Below are positions 60,011 through 64,000 of a stretch of 64,000 nt of DNA, in pieces. The translations under genes were made by a program, and so were the position numbers. Under the pieces are notes generated by a model, which saw nothing but the letters and a program-made list of their open reading frames with translations, was not told the origin of the DNA and made no database searches. Source of the DNA: Candidatus Marinacidobacterales bacterium (GTDB lineage: Bacteria; Acidobacteriota; Vicinamibacteria; Marinacidobacterales; SMYC01); assembly GCA_965237955.1 (NCBI GenBank), contig OZ250169.1, forward strand, positions 6,016,001 through 6,080,000. The letters run 5' to 3'. How positions within the stretch are numbered: the first letter of the stretch is position 1; each line of letters begins with the position of its first letter.

Positions 60011-60940
60011 ATGCTGTCTCTCAAGCAACTCCTCGTCAGGCTAGCGCTCCGGTTCGCGGGAAGCCGCGCGCTCCCGCTCGTTTTTTTCCTCCTTACGATC
60101 GCGACCACGCTTCACATCGGATCGCTCCACGCGATCTACTTCCAGGATCTAGACGCGCTCCAGAGTTCGTTCTCGATCTGGCAGCGCGTCGTGTTCGGAC
60201 TCCCCTTCAGCCTCACCGTCATGACAATCATCGCCAGCCACGAGCTTGGGCATTACCTGACCGCGCGACGTTATCAGGTCAGCACGTCGCTGCCGGTTTT
60301 CATCCCTTTTCCCTTTTCCATCATCGGAACCTTGGGTGCCTTCATTCTCATCCGCTCGCCGTTTCCCAACCGAAGATCGCTCATCGACATCGGTCTCGCC
60401 GGCCCGTTCGCAGGCTTCATCGTCTGCATCCCCGCTCTCGTCATCGGGATCGCGACGTCGCGCCCGAGTGCGGGGGTCGCTCCCGACGGAAGCTTTGGCC
60501 TCGGCGAGCCGCTCTTGTTCCAAGCGATCGCGCACTGGGTGTGGGCCGATATGCCGGACCAGGACTTCACGCTGAGCCCGGTCGGTCTTGCCGCGTGGTT
60601 TGGACTCCTGCTGACGGCGATCAACCTGCTTCCGATCGGCCAGCTCGATGGCGGCCACGCGACCTACGCCCTCTTCCGCGAGAAGTCTCACCGACTCTCC
60701 GCGATCGCGTTCTTCGCACTCCTGCCCCTTTCCCTGCTCGCGCCGTCGTGGCTTTTCTTCGCGCTCTTCACCTACCTTCTCGGCATCCGCCGCCCGCACC
60801 CACCGACGGTTGACGACGATGTGCCACTCCCTCGCAGCCGCAAGATCATGGGCCTCGTCGGACTTGCAACATTTGCGCTATGCTTCACCCCCGAGCCGAT
60901 CAAGATTGGATGGGGTGATTTGATCGAGTTATTCCGGTAG
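60011..60940 (+). CDS. site-2 protease family (M50) protein
   Basis: HELGH zinc motif, AGPFAG, NLLPIGQLDGGH. Confidence 0.92.
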   Translation: MLSLKQLLVRLALRFAGSRALPLVFFLLTIATTLHIGSLHAIYFQDLDALQSSFSIWQRVVFGLPFSLTVMTIIASHELGHYLTARRYQVSTSLPVFIPFPFSIIGTLGAFILIRSPFPNRRSLIDIGLAGPFAGFIVCIPALVIGIATSRPSAGVAPDGSFGLGEPLLFQAIAHWVWADMPDQDFTLSPVGLAAWFGLLLTAINLLPIGQLDGGHATYALFREKSHRLSAIAFFALLPLSLLAPSWLFFALFTYLLGIRRPHPPTVDDDVPLPRSRKIMGLVGLATFALCFTPEPIKIGWGDLIELFR

Positions 60941-61444
60941 CAACAAACGACGAGAAACACCCTCGGCTGAAATACCACGATGCGGGATTTTCGCCACGAA
61001 AGTCCCGCCTTTGGCCGCGTTTTCGTTGGCATACGGCTGGCTAGACCCAGCCCCAGTACCAATCGAGATCCGCGGGCGCAACGCGTCGCCAACAGCAAAA
61101 GGAGACCAGTATTTCGCGCCGCAGCTCTGTCTCTCGCTATGGCAACTCTCCTCCTGAGTTGCTCGGATGGCGTCGGCATGCCCGCAGAGGGATCCAAACT
61201 CCTGCGCGTTTGGTGGGAATTCGAAGGCAACACGGACACGTTCGAGGATTTTGATATCTCAGACGAGGTGCTTCCCGGCTTTTTGACTGGGACGCTGTCG
61301 ACGGCAACGGCGTGTCTTACTTCATCCTCGGCCCCGCCTCCACCATCGGAGGAGTTAGTGCGGGCGGATGCAGGGCTTACACCGACTAGGCTTGATTCAC
61401 CTCAGAGGGAGGGCAGGCCTTTCGTCCGGCCCTCCCTTGAGTCG

Positions 61445-63868
61445 CTACGCAAGCGTCATTGGGTCGACGTCGACGTGCATGACGCGGCCCATCGCTTCGT
61501 CGTTCACGAGCGCTCGAATCAAGTGACGAACGTGGGCGTGCCGCTCCCGACGAAGCTTGATCAGGATTTGAGAGCGATAGCGGCCGGCGACCTTCGAGCG
61601 CACCGCGAATGCCGGACCCAGCACGCGAACGCCGTCCAACGGCTCCTTCCTCAAGAAGGTCGCGGCACGGCGCGCGGCGTGGGTCGCGTCCGACATCGAG
61701 CTGCCCTCAGTAATAATGTTAATGAGGCTCACCACCGGCGGATACAGAAGAGCGCGTCGAAACTTTCGCTCGGACTCGTAGAACCCCGCGAAGTCCTGGG
61801 CCTGGGCAAACTGCAAGCTGTAGTGATCGGGGGTGAAGGTCTGGATCAAGACTTCCCCAGGACGCTCGCCGCGACCAGCACGTCCGGCCACTTGAGTCAT
61901 CAGCTGAAACGTTCGCTCGGCAGCGCGGAAATCGGGAGCGCCCAGGCCGTTGTCAGCGCCGAGCACGCCCACGAGCGTAACGGCGGGAAAGTCATGCCCC
62001 TTGGCAAGCATCTGCGTTCCCACGAGAATATCGATCTCGCGCGCGGCGAACCGTGACAATAGGGACTCGTAGCTGCCCTTGCGCCGCATGGTGTCGCGAT
62101 CCATGCGAGCGACCCGACTCTCCGGGTAGAGCTCTTTCACGATGCCCTCGAGGCGCTCGGTGCCGTAGCCGACGCGTCGAAGGTATTCACCGCTGCAGGT
62201 GTCGCACTTGGGCGGTGTCGGTCGACCGAGACCGCAGTAGTGGCACACGGCAAGAGAGCCTCCCTTGTGAAGCGTCATCGCCACACTGCAGTCGGTACAA
62301 ACGAGCGCGAGCCCGCACTGCCGGCAGATGAGCTGTCCGGCAAAACCGCGGCGGTTGAGGAGCACGAGCGCCTGCTCCCCGGCCGTCATTCGCGCGTGCA
62401 TCGCATCGCGTAGGGGTTCGGACAAGATGACCTCAGGCCCCTCGTCTTTGATGACATGCTTCATGTCGATGAGCTCGACCGCGGCGAGAGGTCGGTTCTC
62501 GATCCGCTCGGGGAGCGTCAACAACCGATACCGGCCGTCGACGGCATGGGTGAACGACTCGAGTGATGGCGTCGCCGAGCCGAGAACGACAACAGCATCC
62601 GCATGCTTCGCCCGCACGATGGCGACGTCCCGCGCGTTGTAGCGCGGCGTCTCTTCCTGCTTGTAGGAACCTTCGTGCTCCTCGTCGACCACGACGAGAC
62701 CGAGATCTTGGATCGGTGCGAGCACCGCTGCCCGTGCGCCGACGACGACGTGGGCGCCACCTTGACGAATGCGCCACCATTCATCGCGGCGCTCTCCCGA
62801 GCCGAGGGCGCTGTGCAAGATCGCGACAGCGTCTGAGAAGCGTGCATGCAAGAGCGCGGCGAGCCGGGGGGTCAACGCAATTTCCGGCACGAGGATGAGC
62901 ACCGAGCGTCCGGCCTCGAGGACGGTCTCGGCGGCTCGCAGATAGACCTCGGTCTTGCCGCTCCCGGTCACGCCGTGCAGCACGAACGGTTGAAACTTCT
63001 TCTTCGCGATCGCGCCCTGGAGCGCGTCTATTACGTCACTCTGGCGAGCGGTGAGATCGACGCGCTTGTCGGCGCCGTCGCGTTTGAGCCGATGCCACGG
63101 CGTCTGGGGAACAGTTTGCTCGGAGAGATCGATGTAGCCTTTGTGCGCCAGCCGCGGAAACGGTCCGCGGTCGATGTCGAGCTCGTTTCGGATCGTCCCG
63201 ATCGGAACCGGGTCGGTAGCGACCGACAAGAGCGTGAGGACCCTCGACGTCGTGGGATGGAGCTTTTCCTCTGCGAGCGCTCGCGTCCCCTTGTCGGTAA
63301 TGTGCGCGACGCGAATCTTGCGCGCTCCGTGCAAGCCACCATCGCCCCGAGTGCGGATGAGCCGCTTCCGAAGGAGTGATGCCAGTGTGCCCGCGACGCT
63401 CTTCTTGTCGAGAGCCTTGGCGATGGTGCGCGCCGTCATCGGCCGCTCGAGCACATCCAGGACTTTGCCCGCCATCCCCTTCGCTTCCCCGCCCTCGACC
63501 CGCTCGTAGAGAATGCGCTCAACCCGTGGGGTTTCCGGCGGCAGCAAACCGCGGCACACGATCCCCGGCGACGCGATGTAGTAGTCGGCGATCCAACCGA
63601 CGAGCGCGAGCTGATCCGGTGTGAGCACCGGCTCATCGTCGAGAAGGCCGAGCAGTGGTTGCAGTTTTGTACCTGCCGGCAGGTCGGGTGGGTCGGTGCC
63701 GATCGACATGATGCATCCGATCAGCACCCGAGCTCCGAAGCCAACACGCGCGCGGACACCCGGCGCCGCGCGCACAAGCGCCTCGGGGACGCCGTAGGAG
63801 AACGTCTTCGGAAGCGGCACGGGAAGCGCCAGCTCGGCGAATGCCGAGAACTTACGACGGCTGCTCAT
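61445..63868 (-). CDS. priA: primosomal protein N'
   Basis: GVTGSGKTEVY, PEIALT, DEEH, NRRG, four CxxC, GTQMLAKGHDF, QVAGRAGR. Confidence 0.96.
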   Translation of the reverse strand: MSSRRKFSAFAELALPVPLPKTFSYGVPEALVRAAPGVRARVGFGARVLIGCIMSIGTDPPDLPAGTKLQPLLGLLDDEPVLTPDQLALVGWIADYYIASPGIVCRGLLPPETPRVERILYERVEGGEAKGMAGKVLDVLERPMTARTIAKALDKKSVAGTLASLLRKRLIRTRGDGGLHGARKIRVAHITDKGTRALAEEKLHPTTSRVLTLLSVATDPVPIGTIRNELDIDRGPFPRLAHKGYIDLSEQTVPQTPWHRLKRDGADKRVDLTARQSDVIDALQGAIAKKKFQPFVLHGVTGSGKTEVYLRAAETVLEAGRSVLILVPEIALTPRLAALLHARFSDAVAILHSALGSGERRDEWWRIRQGGAHVVVGARAAVLAPIQDLGLVVVDEEHEGSYKQEETPRYNARDVAIVRAKHADAVVVLGSATPSLESFTHAVDGRYRLLTLPERIENRPLAAVELIDMKHVIKDEGPEVILSEPLRDAMHARMTAGEQALVLLNRRGFAGQLICRQCGLALVCTDCSVAMTLHKGGSLAVCHYCGLGRPTPPKCDTCSGEYLRRVGYGTERLEGIVKELYPESRVARMDRDTMRRKGSYESLLSRFAAREIDILVGTQMLAKGHDFPAVTLVGVLGADNGLGAPDFRAAERTFQLMTQVAGRAGRGERPGEVLIQTFTPDHYSLQFAQAQDFAGFYESERKFRRALLYPPVVSLINIITEGSSMSDATHAARRAATFLRKEPLDGVRVLGPAFAVRSKVAGRYRSQILIKLRRERHAHVRHLIRALVNDEAMGRVMHVDVDPMTLA

Positions 63869-64000
63869 TCAGCATCAGTAAGCAGGCGTCGGATGAGCTT
63901 CATGTCTTCCCAGCACTCACGCTTTTTCTCCACGTTTCTCAACAGATACGCGGGGTGGAACGTCGGCACGAGCTTCGCGCCCCGGTAGGAAAAGATGCGA
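63865..64000 (-). CDS. uracil-DNA glycosylase family 4, C-terminal part
   Basis: Translated by hand: ..YRGAKLVPTFHPAYLLRN..KRECWEDMK..AE*; ATGA overlap with priA. Confidence 0.88.
   Translation of the reverse strand, partial: RIFSYRGAKLVPTFHPAYLLRNVEKKRECWEDMKLIRRLLTDAE

Noticed and set aside
60980-62056. 358-aa plus-strand ORF
   Set aside because: Mostly antisense to priA; only a short lipoprotein-like start (about 61139-61370) might be a remnant, too weak to call

Overview
GC-rich bacterial DNA. Gene style (prepilin, fused MFS/spermidine synthases, DUF885, Tat-exported proteins, a PD40-kinase remnant) suggests an Acidobacteriota/Vicinamibacteria-like genome; this is an inference. Layout: (1) 1-10.8 kb is an IS-rich zone around tRNA-Arg(CCT). 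It holds two near-identical 1719-bp ISL3 elements with a long, highly palindromic leader, a complete IS256 element, IS1-like/IS5/IS256 relics, and a transglutaminase/EDR1-like gene that can be reassembled from three pieces split by two IS insertions. (2) 10.8-41.5 kb mixes intact housekeeping genes (apt, acyP, ilvA, ACP plus ketosynthase) with many internally deleted or frameshifted accessory genes. It also holds two diverged copies of a candidate sigma54-driven small RNA, an AraC/cysteine hydrolase/CMD/histidine kinase block, and a spermidine-synthase-like plus sulfatase-fold operon. (3) 41.5-55.3 kb is foreign DNA stacked at tRNA-Pro(CGG): a Rieske oxygenase/ABC catabolic block, then an integrase-less 6.3-kb islet bounded by a tRNA 3' duplication. 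The islet encodes a methyltransferase, an osmoprotectant ABC transporter, an asparagine-synthase-like amidotransferase and a MarR regulator. (4) 55.3-64 kb is core genome (surE, tRNA-Pro(GGG), merR, IHF/HU, der, site-2 protease, priA, UDG). No CRISPR array or rRNA was seen. Best candidates for undescribed biology: the twin sigma54 sRNAs, the structured ISL3 leader and the putative osmolyte-modifying islet operon.
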